The notes under the pieces: model-generated
Database searches by the model: none
Seen by the model: only the letters and a program-made list of their open reading frames with translations
Told to the model about the DNA's origin: nothing
NCBI RefSeq assembly: GCF_003018115.1
Contig: NZ_CP027457.1
Origin: Escherichia coli
GTDB lineage: Bacteria > Pseudomonadota > Gammaproteobacteria > Enterobacterales > Enterobacteriaceae
DNA: 64,000 nucleotides
Direction: 5' to 3' (one strand)
Shown here: positions 35,530 through 46,932 of the stretch, piece by piece
Layout: each line of letters opens with the position of its first letter
Numbering within the stretch: the first letter of the stretch is position 1
Position numbers and translations under genes: made by a program

Positions 35530-38500
35530 TCAACGAATACTGATGCCGGAAGCGGCTTTTTTGGTCACAATCACCGTACAGTCGGTGATATTGCCTGCCC
35601 CCTGATTGCCTTTCTGGAAAATCTTAAACTCCAGAGTGACGCTACCACCACCACTAGGCATATCAATAACTGCACTGTAACTACCGGGAATGGCCCCTTT
35701 AGTTTCTCTGGATGCGATTAATACGCCGTTTTTGCGAACTTCAAAACCATAACCCGTGTATCGCGTGCCTCCTGGGTTATTTCCGCTCCCCGGATCGTCA
35801 TACGCTATACCGTTAAAAATAATGGGCGGAATAATAATCTGGCGGTCAAAGTTATGATCATCGCTGATGGTGACTGTAACCGTACCGTTTGGTGTTTCCG
35901 TGTTACCCCACGTACCGACTTTTTTCGGGAAGGCTTTTGATACAGCTTTAACGAAATCCCCTCTGACCTGGGTCGCCTCCAGCATGCCCTTAATCGTACA
36001 GTTCTGGTTAATCGTGACATTGTTGAGCGTTCCTGAGTTCGCATTCACACTACCACTGATATCCGCATTTTTAGCGGTCAGCTTTCCGTCTGATGTCAGG
36101 GAAAATACCGGAGGACTGCCACCGCTGGTAATGGTGGGGGCCGTCAGGCGTTTCAGGAACACTTCATTCATGAATATCTGATCGCCCTGACCAACAAACA
36201 TCGGCTTTGTGTTGCCATTCGCAGGATTAATCATCGCAATCCTGTCTGCTGCCAGCAGCACCTGACTCTGCATGCCGTCAGGGGTGTTCTCAATACCGGC
36301 ACCGATACCCGCAATATAAAGGCGTCCGTCCTGCATCTGCTGCAGCTTCACTGCCCACATGCTGTTCAGGTTATTATTTGTATCAACCTGAACCTTCTGT
36401 ATCTGCTGGATTGCCGCACTCTGGTCTTCCAGTTTCTTATTGACGGTCTGTGTTATTTCATTGCTGACATCCGTTATGGACGTCCTGATTTCAGTCAGGT
36501 CAGGCGCAAGCTGACCGTTATCAATCTGCGTCCACAGCTCCTGAGCCAGATGGGTTTTCCCTATCTCGCCTTTGAAAAAATCCAGATAGCCTGATGCATC
36601 ATCACTCGGCTGACCGACAGCCTCCACGAATGCCGATTTGCCAACGGTGTTCACACTGCGAACGTAAAAATAATAATCATGGCCCGGTTTGATATTGATA
36701 CTGGCGGCTATCCAGTACAGTGCCGTACCAAGATAACGCGCGCTGGTTTCAACCTGCCTGATATCCGCAATCCGTTTTTCCGAGAACCAGAACTCAAACT
36801 GTACCGTCGGGTCATAAACCGCAAGATGCGGCGTGGCGGTTATCTGAAAATAGCCCGGCGTCAGCTCAATCCGCGACGGCGCTGCCGGTGCGGCAATCCG
36901 GAACGATACCGACGCCGGATCGCCCTGCTGCCCCCACGCATTTACTGCCCGGACTGTCAGCCTGTAGTTCCCCAGAGCCAGTTGTGTGAAGCGGTAAGTG
37001 GTTTCCGTCGTCCGGGCCGTGCTGACCAGCCGCTCACGGCCGTCATCCGCTGCCACGGTCAGGCGAAGCAGGAAGCTCACGCCCTTCACCACCTTCGGCG
37101 TGTCCCAGCGCGCCAGCACCTGGTATTCCCCGCTGTCTGCGGTGACTTCTGCGGTCAGGTGCTGCACCGCTGGCGGCGTGACACCATTTACCGTGCCGCT
37201 CTGGTCGCCGTCAAAGTGCGCCCCGTTATCCACGATGGCCTCTTTTTCCGGTACATGCTGCACGGCGGTGATGGCATACGTGCCGTCGTCGTTCTCACGG
37301 ATACTCACGCAGCGGAACAGGCGCTGGCGCAACGTCGACAGCTTCAGCCCCCATACGCTGTATTCAGCAACGCCGTCAGGAACACGGCTCACTTTCACCT
37401 TCACGCCGTCGGTGACGGACTGAACCTCCACGCTGACCGGACTCCCCTGCCCGTCAACCAGGCTTATCAGCGTGGTGCCGGAAGATGGCAGCGTGATTTC
37501 ACGGTCGAGCGTCAGCGTCCGGGTCTGGCTGTTTACCGCCAGCACGCGCCCGCCGGTGCGGATACCGGCATAGTCATCATCGCAGATTTCAATGACATCG
37601 CCCGGTACATGGCGAAGCCCTTCGGCACCCACGCTGAAGTCCACGGTCTGCGTTTCCAGCAGTTCTGTTTTAATCAGCCACAGCCCGGCGCGGTGTGCCT
37701 GCCCCCGGCTGGTACAGCCAAAAGCATCCATCTTCGTGACGTTACGACCGTAACGGGCAATGGCCTGCGTGTCCTCCACAAGCTCTGTCGCCGTCTCCCA
37801 GCCGTTATTCGGGTCAATCCAGTTCACCTCAACGGCATTATGGCGGTCCTTCAGGGCGCTGAAGCTGTAGCGGAACGGCGCACCATCATCCGGCATCACC
37901 ACATTACTGCGGTTATAGGTCCACACCTTATCCGACGGTCGGTCCTGCACGAACGTCAGCGTCTGCCCGTTCCATACCGGCATACAGCGCATCGCAGAGC
38001 AGAAATCACTGAGCACATCCCACGCCTTGCGCTGTGTGGTCAGGTACGCATTACAGGTGATGCGCGGCTCTGTGCCGCCAAAACCGTCCGGCACCGACTG
38101 ATCGCAATGCTGGCCGATGACATACAGCGCCCATTTGTCCACATCCGCCGCACCAAGACGTTTCCCCATGCCGTAGCGCGGATGGGTCAGCATATCCCAC
38201 AGACACCAGGCCATGTTGTTGCTGTATGCTGGCTTAAACGTTCCGTCCCAGATACCGCTGTATTGCCGCGTCTGCGGGTTATAGTTCGACGGCACCTGCA
38301 GAATGCGCCCGCGCAGATGATAATTACGGCTCACCTGCTGGCTGCCGAACTGCTCCGAATCCACCTGCACGCCGACCAGTGCCGTGTTCGGGTAGCACTG
38401 TTTCACATCGATGATTTCGGTGTATGACGACCAGAGCGTTTTGTTCTGCAGCTGGTCTGTGGTGCTGTCCGGCGTCATCCTGCGCATCCGTATATTGAAC

Positions 38501-39027
38501 GGGCGCGGCGGCAGGTTACCCACCACCACCGAGGCCAGATACTGCGAGGTGGTTTTGCCCTTAATGGTGATGTCTTTTTCCGTCACCCAGCCACCATTAC
38601 GCTGGATCTGAACCAGCAGGCGGACTTCCGACGGATTCCGGTCCCCCTTTGAGGTGGTTTCCACCAGTGCCTGCACGCCGAAGGTAAAGCGCAGACGGTC
38701 GATGTTTGCAGACGTAATGGTGCGGGTGATCGGCGTGTCATATTTCACTTCCGTACCCAGCACCGTCTCGGAGCCGGAGGATTCAAACCCCTCCGGCGGT
38801 GTCTGCTCCTGCTCACCGGCACGGAACACCACCGTGACACCGGAGATGTTGGTATTCCCCTCAGTGTCCAGCACCGGCGTACTGTTCAGCAGCACGCTTT
38901 TTAATCCATCCACCGGACCTTCAACCGGCCCTTCGCTGATGGCATCGATCACACTCAGCAGCTGCGTGGACTTCAGGTTGTCCTTCGCTTCGCGCGGGGT
39001 ATGCCCCTTACTGCTGCCTTTACCCAT
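35530..39027 (-). CDS. J: Tail tip host-specificity protein J (1165 aa), lambda J-like with divergent C-terminal region
   Basis: N-terminal about 790 aa match my recollection of lambda J ([34 protein letters not shown]...); central fibre and last roughly 250 aa differ. Confidence 0.9.
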   Translation of the reverse strand: MGKGSSKGHTPREAKDNLKSTQLLSVIDAISEGPVEGPVDGLKSVLLNSTPVLDTEGNTNISGVTVVFRAGEQEQTPPEGFESSGSETVLGTEVKYDTPITRTITSANIDRLRFTFGVQALVETTSKGDRNPSEVRLLVQIQRNGGWVTEKDITIKGKTTSQYLASVVVGNLPPRPFNIRMRRMTPDSTTDQLQNKTLWSSYTEIIDVKQCYPNTALVGVQVDSEQFGSQQVSRNYHLRGRILQVPSNYNPQTRQYSGIWDGTFKPAYSNNMAWCLWDMLTHPRYGMGKRLGAADVDKWALYVIGQHCDQSVPDGFGGTEPRITCNAYLTTQRKAWDVLSDFCSAMRCMPVWNGQTLTFVQDRPSDKVWTYNRSNVVMPDDGAPFRYSFSALKDRHNAVEVNWIDPNNGWETATELVEDTQAIARYGRNVTKMDAFGCTSRGQAHRAGLWLIKTELLETQTVDFSVGAEGLRHVPGDVIEICDDDYAGIRTGGRVLAVNSQTRTLTLDREITLPSSGTTLISLVDGQGSPVSVEVQSVTDGVKVKVSRVPDGVAEYSVWGLKLSTLRQRLFRCVSIRENDDGTYAITAVQHVPEKEAIVDNGAHFDGDQSGTVNGVTPPAVQHLTAEVTADSGEYQVLARWDTPKVVKGVSFLLRLTVAADDGRERLVSTARTTETTYRFTQLALGNYRLTVRAVNAWGQQGDPASVSFRIAAPAAPSRIELTPGYFQITATPHLAVYDPTVQFEFWFSEKRIADIRQVETSARYLGTALYWIAASINIKPGHDYYFYVRSVNTVGKSAFVEAVGQPSDDASGYLDFFKGEIGKTHLAQELWTQIDNGQLAPDLTEIRTSITDVSNEITQTVNKKLEDQSAAIQQIQKVQVDTNNNLNSMWAVKLQQMQDGRLYIAGIGAGIENTPDGMQSQVLLAADRIAMINPANGNTKPMFVGQGDQIFMNEVFLKRLTAPTITSGGSPPVFSLTSDGKLTAKNADISGSVNANSGTLNNVTINQNCTIKGMLEATQVRGDFVKAVSKAFPKKVGTWGNTETPNGTVTVTISDDHNFDRQIIIPPIIFNGIAYDDPGSGNNPGGTRYTGYGFEVRKNGVLIASRETKGAIPGSYSAVIDMPSGGGSVTLEFKIFQKGNQGAGNITDCTVIVTKKAASGISIR

Positions 39028-39087
39028 TCCTCACGCTCCATAAATGACAAAACCGCCCGCAGGCGGTTTCACATAAAACATTTTGCA

Positions 39088-39759
39088 TCAGCGACCAATC
39101 ACCACAACCTGACCACCGTCCCCTTCGTCTGCCGTGCTGATCTCCTGAGAAACCACGCGAGACCCCACGCGCATTTCCCCGTACAGAACAGGCAGAACAT
39201 TGCCCTGGGCAACCATGTTATCCAGTGAGGAGAAATAGGTGTTCTGCTTACCGTTATCCGTTGTCTGTGTACGGGGAGTTCTGGCTTTCGGTGCCAGCAT
39301 CTGCGCCACACCACCGAGCACCATACTGGCACCGAGAGAAAACAGGATGCCGGTCATACCACCGGTCCCAATGGCTGCCCCCCATGCTGCAAGGGTGGCT
39401 CCGGCGGTAAAGAATGATCCGGCAATGGCGGCAGCCCCCAGGACAATCTGGAATACGCCACCTGACTTGGCCCCGGCGACTCTGGGAACAATATGAATCA
39501 CAGCGCCATCAGGCAGAGTCTCATGTAACTGCGCCGTTAACCCGGACGTGCTGACGTCCCGCCCGGCAATCCGTACCTGATACCAGCCGTCGCTCAGTTT
39601 CTGACGAAACGCCGGGAGCTGTGTGGCCAGTGCCCGGATGGCTTCAGCCCCCGTTTTCACACGAAGGTCGATGCGGCGACCAAATCGTTGTAAATCCCCG
39701 TAAAGGCAGATGCGCGCCATGCCCGGTGACGCCAGAGGGAGTGTGTGCGTCGCTGCCAT
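39088..39759 (-). CDS. I: Tail assembly protein I
   Basis: 223-aa ORF, lambda I length; overlaps K 3' end. Confidence 0.9.
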   Translation of the reverse strand: MAATHTLPLASPGMARICLYGDLQRFGRRIDLRVKTGAEAIRALATQLPAFRQKLSDGWYQVRIAGRDVSTSGLTAQLHETLPDGAVIHIVPRVAGAKSGGVFQIVLGAAAIAGSFFTAGATLAAWGAAIGTGGMTGILFSLGASMVLGGVAQMLAPKARTPRTQTTDNGKQNTYFSSLDNMVAQGNVLPVLYGEMRVGSRVVSQEISTADEGDGGQVVVIGR

Positions 39760-40400
39760 TTGTCGGTGTACCTCTCTCGTTTGCTCAGTTGTTCAGGAAT
39801 ATGGTGCAGCAGCTCGCCGTCGCCGCAGTAAATTGCGGCGTGATTCGGCACTGATGAACCAAAACAGCACAGCAGCACATCGCCCGGCTGTGCCGCTGAC
39901 AACGGCACCTGATACAGCCCCGTCGCCTCCAGATTATCCAGATAGAGATTCTGGCCGTTACGCCACCAGTCATCCTCACGATAAAAGTCCGGCATCTCAA
40001 TCCCCGCCAGATGATAAGCATCCCGGAACAGTGTGTAACAGTCCGTCACACCGTGCTCAAAGCGCCGCCCGGTGAGATGCGGCACACAGCGGAACTTATG
40101 AATCGTCCCCCGGCAGACCAGCCACCACGGCAAATCACTCTGCACCTGCAGCCGCCGGTCGGCCTCACTCAGCCAGGGCAGACCACCGGGGTGGCTGTGG
40201 ACCAGCGCCACAATCTCACCCTGCATTTCTGCCTGCAGCCAGTCTTCCGGCGACATACGGAAATACGCCTCCGGCTCACCGGAGATATTCACGCAGGGAA
40301 AATATCTTTCCCCCTCCGGCGTGCTTACCACGAAGCCGCACGACTCCGCTGGCGCACATCGCCGGGCGTGCGCCAGAATCGCTGATTCTGTCTGTGTCAT
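39657..40400 (-). CDS. K: Tail assembly protein K (JAB/MPN plus NlpC/P60 domains)
   Basis: 247-aa ORF MTQTESAILAHARRCAPAESCGFVV...; HSHP metalloprotease motif and Cys-His peptidase motifs. Confidence 0.9.
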   Translation of the reverse strand: MTQTESAILAHARRCAPAESCGFVVSTPEGERYFPCVNISGEPEAYFRMSPEDWLQAEMQGEIVALVHSHPGGLPWLSEADRRLQVQSDLPWWLVCRGTIHKFRCVPHLTGRRFEHGVTDCYTLFRDAYHLAGIEMPDFYREDDWWRNGQNLYLDNLEATGLYQVPLSAAQPGDVLLCCFGSSVPNHAAIYCGDGELLHHIPEQLSKRERYTDKWQRRTHSLWRHRAWRASAFTGIYNDLVAASTFV

Positions 40401-40405
40401 GGGAT

Positions 40406-41104
40406 TTACTGCGAAAGTTTGTTAATGGAAAGGAAGCTGCCAAAGTTGCCGACATTATTGCGAAACTTACAGCCACTCAGGCATTTGCTGCATTTATCCT
40501 TCGTGATATCGGACGTCGGCTGGTCATATTCATCCGCGACCGCCGGACCGCTATAACCGCACTCATCGCCGCGATAGGTCCAGGTGCAGGTGTTGGCCAG
40601 CATGATACGTCCCGGAAAAACAGCGCCATCCGTTTCCGTCGGCGTGGACAGTACAAAGGAGGCACTCACCGCGCTCAGTTCGCTGCACTGCTCAATGCGC
40701 CAGCGGCTGATCACCTCCTGCTCCGGATCGGCGTAACTGTTTCCGTTGACGAAGTTCACCGCATCCAGAAAACGGGCGTAAACCTTACGCCGGACCACCG
40801 TTCCGCCGACCAGACTCTGCATATCTTCCGCCATCCCGGTGACCATACCGTACAGGTTAGAAACCGTCAGCGTGGGGCGCGTACTGGTGCCTTTGCCATT
40901 CAGTTCAAAACCGCTCCCCTGAATGGGATACGGCTGATACTGTCGCCCCTGCCAGGTGACCGGCTCACCTTTTTCGTTCTGCTCATTACAGAAAAAATAA
41001 CGTTCTCCACCGACCTCTGTCAGGTCGATTTCCCAGAGCACCACGCTGGCCGACTGCTCCGCACGGGTGCATTCATTCAGTGTTTCCTGCCGGATATCCT
41101 GCAT
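40406..41104 (-). CDS. L: Tail tip protein L
   Basis: 232-aa ORF at the lambda L position, with C-terminal Cys cluster. Confidence 0.9.
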   Translation of the reverse strand: MQDIRQETLNECTRAEQSASVVLWEIDLTEVGGERYFFCNEQNEKGEPVTWQGRQYQPYPIQGSGFELNGKGTSTRPTLTVSNLYGMVTGMAEDMQSLVGGTVVRRKVYARFLDAVNFVNGNSYADPEQEVISRWRIEQCSELSAVSASFVLSTPTETDGAVFPGRIMLANTCTWTYRGDECGYSGPAVADEYDQPTSDITKDKCSKCLSGCKFRNNVGNFGSFLSINKLSQ

Positions 41105-41433
41105 CAGTTCACCACCTGTTCAAACTCTGCGCTGAACTCAACACGCAACATACTGACCCGCGACGACCATTTTGCGCAGGTCACCTTTATCTGCCGCCAC
41201 TCATAAGGCGGCGTCCACAGAAAGGATTTCCAGCCCCCGTGCTCTTCCAGAAACGACTCCAGTACCGTGGCCTCCTCACGGGGGACAGAAAGCGTCACGC
41301 TGTACGTTTTCAGGTTGGCATTCAGCCCGGCAGGCGCTCGCTGAGAATAGCCATCACCAAAGCGCACCTTTCTTACAGAAGGGACCGAAGCCACATCCAT
41401 ACCGGGTTTCACTTTCCAGCGGAAGGTCTTCAT
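41104..41433 (-). CDS. M: Tail tip protein M
   Basis: 109-aa ORF at the lambda M position. Confidence 0.9.
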   Translation of the reverse strand: MKTFRWKVKPGMDVASVPSVRKVRFGDGYSQRAPAGLNANLKTYSVTLSVPREEATVLESFLEEHGGWKSFLWTPPYEWRQIKVTCAKWSSRVSMLRVEFSAEFEQVVN

Positions 41434-43991
41434 CGTCCACCTCCGGAGAACAGGCCACCATCACGCATCTGTGTCTGAATTTCATCACGGGCACCCTTGC
41501 GGGCCATGTCATACACCGCCTTCAGAGCAGCCGGACCTATCTGCCCGTTCGTGCCGTCGTTGTTAATCACCACATGGTTATTCTGCTCAAACGTCCCGGA
41601 CGCCTGCGACCGGCTGTCTGCCATGCTGCCCGGTGTACCGACATAACCGCCGGTGGCATAGCCGCGCATCAGCCGGTAAAGATTCCCCACGCCAATCCGG
41701 CTGGTTGCCTCCTTCGTGAAGACAAATTCACCACGGTGAACAATCCCCGCTGGCTCATATTTGCCGCCGGTTCCCGTAAATCCTCCGGTTGCAAAATGGA
41801 ATTTCGCCGCAGCGGCCTGAATGGCTGTACCGCCTGACGCGGATGCGCCGCCACCAACAGCCCCGCCAATGGCGCTGCCGATACTCCCGACAATCCCCAC
41901 CATTGCCTGCTTAAGCAGAATTTCTGTCATCATGGACAGCACGGAACGGGTGAAGCTGCGCCAGTTCTGCTCACTGCCGGTCAGCATCGCCGCCATATTC
42001 TGTGCAATACCATCAAAGGTCTGCGTGGCTGCACTTTTTACCTGCGACATACTGTCCGTGGCGCTCTCTTCCCACTCACTCCAGCCGGACTTCAGGCCTG
42101 CCATCCAGCTCCCGCGAAGCTGGTCTTCAGCCGCCCAGGTCTTTTTCTGCTCTGACATGACGTTATTCAGCGCCAGCGGATTATCGCCATACTGTTCCTT
42201 CAGGCGCTGTTCCGTGGCTTCCCGTTCTGCCTGCCGGTCAGTCAGCCCCCGGCTTTTCGCATCAATGGCGGCCCGTTTTGCCCGTTGCTGCTGTGCGAAT
42301 TTATCCGCCTGCTGCGCCAGCGCGTTCAGGCGCTCCTGATACGTAACCTTGTCGCCAAGTGCAGCCAGCTGGCGTTTGTACTCCAGCGTCTCATCTTTAT
42401 GCGCCAGCAGGGATTTCTCCTGTGCAGACAGCTGGCGACGTTGCGCCGCCTCCTCCAGTACCGCGAACTGACTCTCCGCCTTCCACAAATCCCGGCGCTG
42501 CTGGCTGATTTTCTCATTTGCTCCGGCATGCTTCTCCAGCGTCCGGAGTTCTGCCTGAAGCGTCAGCAGGGCAGCATGAGCACTGTCTTCCTGACGATCG
42601 CCCGCAGACACCTTCACGCCGGACTGTTTCGGCTTTTTCAGCGTCGCTTCATAATCCTTTTTCGCCGCCGCCATCAGCGTGTTGTAATCCGCCTGCAGGA
42701 TTTTCCCGTCTTTCAGTGCCTTGTTCAGTTCTTCCTGACGGGCGGTATATTTCTCCAGCGGCGTCTGCAGGCGTTCATAAGCCTTCTGCGCCTCTTCGGT
42801 ATATTTCAGCCGTGACGCTTCGGTATCGCTCTGCTGCTGCGCATTTTTGTCCTGTTGACTCTGCTGCTCAGCCTTCTTTCGGGCGGCTTCAAGCGCAAGA
42901 CGGGCCTTTTCACGATCATCCCAGTAACGCGCCCGCGCTTCATCGTTAACAAAATAATCATCCTTGCGCAGATTCCAGATATCGTCCGCTTTCTTAAACG
43001 CGGCCTCTGCCTTAATCAGCATCTCCTGCGCGGTATCAGGACGACCAATATCCAGCACCGCATCCCACATGGATTTGAATGCCCGTGCTGTCCTGTCTGC
43101 CCAGGTTTCCAGCGTGCCCATGTTCTCTTTCAGGCGGCGGGTCTGGTCATCAAACCCTTTCGTTGCGGCCTCGTTCGCCGCCTGCAATGCCCCGGCTTCA
43201 TCGCCGGAACGCTGCAACTGAGCAACATACGCAATCTGCTCCGCCGTCACGTTATGGAACTGGCGTGCCATCGCCGTCAGCCCCGACGTCGGGTCTGTGG
43301 TCAGCTTCCCGAAGGCTTCAGCGACCTTGTCCACCTCCACGCCGGATGCAGAGGAGAAACGCGCCACACTCTGGCTGATGGACGCAATCTGAGCCTCACC
43401 GCTTACCCCCGCCTTAACCAGTGCGCTGAGTGACTCGCTGGTCTGGTTAAACGTCAGCCCTGCCGCCTGCCCGGCTCTGGACAGGACCAGCATACGATCT
43501 GCCGTCAGTCCCGCCTGATTGCCGGAAAGGACCAGCGTTTTGTTGAAATCGGACAGGGTTGAGTTGCCCTGATACCAGGCATACGCCAGCGCTCCGGTCG
43601 CCACCGCCAGCGAGGTAGCCCCCACCATCGGCAGGGTGATCGCACCGGCAAGCCCCCGGAACATGGGGATCATCCCGCCGAAGGAGTCCTTCACCTGACC
43701 CCCCTGTTGCAGCAGGATCAGCCACGGACTTTGCCCGCCTGCAAGCTGCGTGGCCACGTCGGTGAACTGTGCAGGCAGCATACGCATGGCGGCTTTATAC
43801 TGCCCGACGGAAATCCCCGCTTTCTGTGCAGCCAGCGCCTGTCGGCTCAGCGACTGTTCAACGACTGCCGCTGTTTTTTTCGCATCAGTTTCCGTACCGG
43901 AAAAATGACGCCTGACTCTGGCCATCTGCTCGTCAAATCTGGCCGCATCCAGACTTAAATCAACGACCAGATCGCCTACCGGTTCAGCCAT
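41430..43991 (-). CDS. H: Tail tape measure protein H
   Basis: 853-aa ORF, same length as lambda H, coiled-coil rich with Gly-rich C-terminal region. Confidence 0.9.
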   Translation of the reverse strand: MAEPVGDLVVDLSLDAARFDEQMARVRRHFSGTETDAKKTAAVVEQSLSRQALAAQKAGISVGQYKAAMRMLPAQFTDVATQLAGGQSPWLILLQQGGQVKDSFGGMIPMFRGLAGAITLPMVGATSLAVATGALAYAWYQGNSTLSDFNKTLVLSGNQAGLTADRMLVLSRAGQAAGLTFNQTSESLSALVKAGVSGEAQIASISQSVARFSSASGVEVDKVAEAFGKLTTDPTSGLTAMARQFHNVTAEQIAYVAQLQRSGDEAGALQAANEAATKGFDDQTRRLKENMGTLETWADRTARAFKSMWDAVLDIGRPDTAQEMLIKAEAAFKKADDIWNLRKDDYFVNDEARARYWDDREKARLALEAARKKAEQQSQQDKNAQQQSDTEASRLKYTEEAQKAYERLQTPLEKYTARQEELNKALKDGKILQADYNTLMAAAKKDYEATLKKPKQSGVKVSAGDRQEDSAHAALLTLQAELRTLEKHAGANEKISQQRRDLWKAESQFAVLEEAAQRRQLSAQEKSLLAHKDETLEYKRQLAALGDKVTYQERLNALAQQADKFAQQQRAKRAAIDAKSRGLTDRQAEREATEQRLKEQYGDNPLALNNVMSEQKKTWAAEDQLRGSWMAGLKSGWSEWEESATDSMSQVKSAATQTFDGIAQNMAAMLTGSEQNWRSFTRSVLSMMTEILLKQAMVGIVGSIGSAIGGAVGGGASASGGTAIQAAAAKFHFATGGFTGTGGKYEPAGIVHRGEFVFTKEATSRIGVGNLYRLMRGYATGGYVGTPGSMADSRSQASGTFEQNNHVVINNDGTNGQIGPAALKAVYDMARKGARDEIQTQMRDGGLFSGGGR

Positions 43992-44822
43992 ACCGGACTC
44001 CTCCTGCGATCCCTTCTGATACTGTCATCAGCATTACGTCATCCTCCGTCATGTCCGCCACATCCGGGGAAGCGGGGATAACTTCATTCCCTTCCGGGCC
44101 AAAGCGGACGCCTCCGGCAAGCCCTGCCGCTTTCTGCATCAGCACATCATCTTCAGGCTCTTCGTCAGCCTCACGCCGGTTCAGCAGACTGAAATCCAGC
44201 GGATGCATATCCGGATCGCTGAAAAACAGGCTGAGCACGGTGTACGTCAGCCCGGAAAAGTGCATATCCAGCAGAACATCATGAAAATAATGGGTACTGT
44301 AAAAGCGGTGCCAGTCGGCATACTCCGTGGATGACATCCCGGCAAGCATGGCACGCCAGTCGGGTCGCCCCATCTCTCGCGCCAGTTTCAGGGCAAAACT
44401 CAGCTCACCATCGAACACTTTCCCGCAGAAACAGGCTCTGCAGGCCCGGCGTCCTCTGTCTGTTCAGGAGCATCATTCACCACAAACTCATACATACCGG
44501 ACAGCCGGTACACCACGTTTTCAGCATGAGAAATTGCCTCCGTGGGCCAGGTGGTAAGCACTTCCTGCTCAATCTGTTTAACGGCTTCATTCATGGAAGG
44601 CAGCTTTGTCTTCTTCGGATGGTTATGCCACAGGGACATCGCCACCAGAAACGCGCCGGTTCTGATGGCGTCTTCCACAGTAAACTTCCGGTTGCTGTCT
44701 GACTCCGCCTGTTCTGCCTGCCGTTTCATCAGGGCGAGATGCTCAATACGCTGCAGGGCTGACAGTTCAGAAAGCGTGACGGTCACACCGTTATGTTCAA
44801 ATGATTCGGTTTTCAGGAACAT
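43984..44822 (-). CDS. GT: G-T fusion tail assembly chaperone made by -1 programmed ribosomal frameshift
   Basis: -1 frame ORF (43984-44418) opens exactly at the GGGAAAG slip site (plus 44418-44424) near the end of G. Confidence 0.8.
44400..44822 (-). CDS. G: Tail assembly chaperone G
   Basis: 140-aa ORF MFLKTESFEHNGVTVTLSELSALQRIEHLALM...; slippery heptamer G GGA AAG six codons before stop. Confidence 0.9.
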   Translation of the reverse strand: MFLKTESFEHNGVTVTLSELSALQRIEHLALMKRQAEQAESDSNRKFTVEDAIRTGAFLVAMSLWHNHPKKTKLPSMNEAVKQIEQEVLTTWPTEAISHAENVVYRLSGMYEFVVNDAPEQTEDAGPAEPVSAGKCSMVS

Positions 44823-44837
44823 CTCTGACTCCCCGGA

Positions 44838-45578
44838 TTAACTGGCGGTGACGGTGATTTCTGCAACCGCAGCAAACTCACCATTACCGGATACAACCGG
44901 AATGTTGACCTTGCCTGCAGCAACGCCGTTCACGGTGATGGTCATACCACTGACCGACACGGTGGCTTTTGTTTTATCCGCAGACACCGCACGAAAGCTC
45001 TTGTCGGTTACGCCCTCCGGCTGGAAGGCCACGGTCAGCGTGGTGCTCTGCCCTTTCACCACCGAGGTGCTGGCAGGCGTCACGGTCATGCCGGTTGCCG
45101 CTGTTACCGTGCTGCGATCTTCTGCCATCGACGGACGTCCCACATTGGTGACTTTCACCGTGCGGGTGATCACTTCCTTCGCCGTCACCGCCTTACCGAT
45201 ACTGCTGACCCAGCCACGGAACACATCGACCGTGCCGTTCGGGAAGCGGATTTTATAGGCACGGGTATCGCCTTCATTAAACCACGCCAGCAGCGCCTGC
45301 TGCCCCTGCTCTCCGGGCATCCACGCCAGCGTGAAGCTGGTATCTCCGGCAGATTTCTGCCCCTGCCCGGTCGCAGTCCAGTCTGCATCTTCATCATCGA
45401 GATAGCTGTCGTCATAGGACTCAGCGGTCAGTTCGCCGGGCGTCAGGTCTTTAACTTTTGCCAGACGCGACCAGTCAACGTCTGAAAGCGGATTCGCATA
45501 AGGGTCACCGCTCCCCTTATAAACCCACAGGGTGGTCCCGGCACCTTTCACCGGCATTGTAGGATTTGGTACAGGCAT
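44838..45578 (-). CDS. V: Major tail tube protein V with C-terminal Ig-like domain
   Basis: [24 protein letters not shown]... 246 aa from internal ATG of the 256-aa ORF. Confidence 0.9.
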
Positions 45579-45585
45579 AGCGTCC

Positions 45586-45981
45586 TCACATTTCATAGGT
45601 AATGACATAAGTCAGATCGGCTGAACTCCACAGGCCCGCATCATCGTCGCGCCGGTAGTCATAGCCGCTGGCCACCATACTGGTGATCAAATCTGACAGT
45701 GCCGGGATATCGCTCATCACCGGATAAATCCGGGACTCCATCCACGCATCCAGCTCTGAATCCGGCACCTGAGCAGGCAGGAAAACTTCGATATGCAGCT
45801 CCGCCTGCCAGGTATCGCTGTCCAGCTCTTCGCCCGTGTATTCAGCGCCGGTGAGATAAACGGCAACTGCCGGAAAATCCGCCTCATCAAAAACAGCGGG
45901 GCGACCATCAAAAAACGTCGCCCCGGTGTCATGCTTCTCCAGTGCATCCAGTACGGCTGCACGGAGTTCAGTATGTTTCAT
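45586..45981 (-). CDS. U: Tail terminator protein U
   Basis: 131-aa ORF at the lambda U position. Confidence 0.9.
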
Positions 45982-46556
45982 CGCTTTATTACCATCCTCA
46001 GTTGATGCTGCAGCGCATAGCCCAGCTCTTTCGGAAGACGTTCACGCCGTATCCGCTCAATATTCTGTTTAAACGCCGTGGTCAGCGGCACCGCCATCGG
46101 GATTTTCACCACATCAATGGGGTAACGGTTTTTCCCGGCCACACGCTGCATGACATGCCACCGGCCATTTTTCAGTTGCTGAATAAACGCGCCGGGAATA
46201 CGACGGTTACCCACCACAAGCACGCTGCCGCCACCTTTCAGGGATGAACGCTGCCCCTTTTTACGACGCCTGCGGCGCGAAAGGACAACCCGCGCATTAC
46301 CCAGCTTGATTACGGGCAAATCCCCCCGGTTAACTTTGATTCTGGCCTGCGGATTTTTGACCGTGGCCCTTTTCAGCCTGGCCCTTTCCTTTACCAGTTT
46401 CCGGCGTACCTTTGTCTCACGGGCAACTTGTGACGCCGACTGCGATATCGCGGATGAAGCAACGCGGTTAATGGCCATTGCGGCGGCACCAGGCACCGCC
46501 GTTTTGCTGATACGGCTGAGGTTTTCAACGGCCTGCTCAAGACCTTTTATGGCCAT
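45978..46556 (-). CDS. Z: Tail completion protein Z
   Basis: 192-aa ORF at the lambda Z position. Confidence 0.9.
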   Translation of the reverse strand: MAIKGLEQAVENLSRISKTAVPGAAAMAINRVASSAISQSASQVARETKVRRKLVKERARLKRATVKNPQARIKVNRGDLPVIKLGNARVVLSRRRRRKKGQRSSLKGGGSVLVVGNRRIPGAFIQQLKNGRWHVMQRVAGKNRYPIDVVKIPMAVPLTTAFKQNIERIRRERLPKELGYALQHQLRMVIKR

Positions 46557-46567
46557 ACATCCCCCTT

Positions 46568-46921
46568 TCAGCGGCGACGGTTAACGGCAGGCGGTACGCC
46601 CCGTCCAAGCCAGAGATGACAACTTCCGCCATCATCCGGCGAAACCCGATCTACCCAGAAATTTTCCTCACCGATGGTCAGCGTGTCTCCACGCCGCAGC
46701 TGCCGCACCTCATCAGTCCGGACAAACAGGGACGGGCTGGAGCCTTCAACGCGCACGCCCTGTCCGGCATAGCTGATATTTTCAGGGTCATCAAAAACAC
46801 CACGTATCACCGCACCTGACTGCTCACCGGATGTCATGGTGGCTGACGTTCCCATGTACCCGCGTATCGTTTCATCGGCGCGGGCAATGGCAGCATCGAA
46901 CAGGTTATCGAAATCAGCCAC
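46568..46921 (-). CDS. FII: Head-tail connector protein FII
   Basis: 117-aa ORF at the lambda FII position. Confidence 0.9.
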   Translation of the reverse strand: MADFDNLFDAAIARADETIRGYMGTSATMTSGEQSGAVIRGVFDDPENISYAGQGVRVEGSSPSLFVRTDEVRQLRRGDTLTIGEENFWVDRVSPDDGGSCHLWLGRGVPPAVNRRR

Positions 46922-46932
46922 AGCGCCTCCCG

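Noticed and set aside
36679-38427. 582-aa plus-strand ORF antisense to J
   Set aside because: Lies entirely inside the strongly supported J gene on the opposite strand; Arg/Pro/Ala-rich translation typical of the antisense frame of GC-rich coding DNA; no RBS or homology signal.
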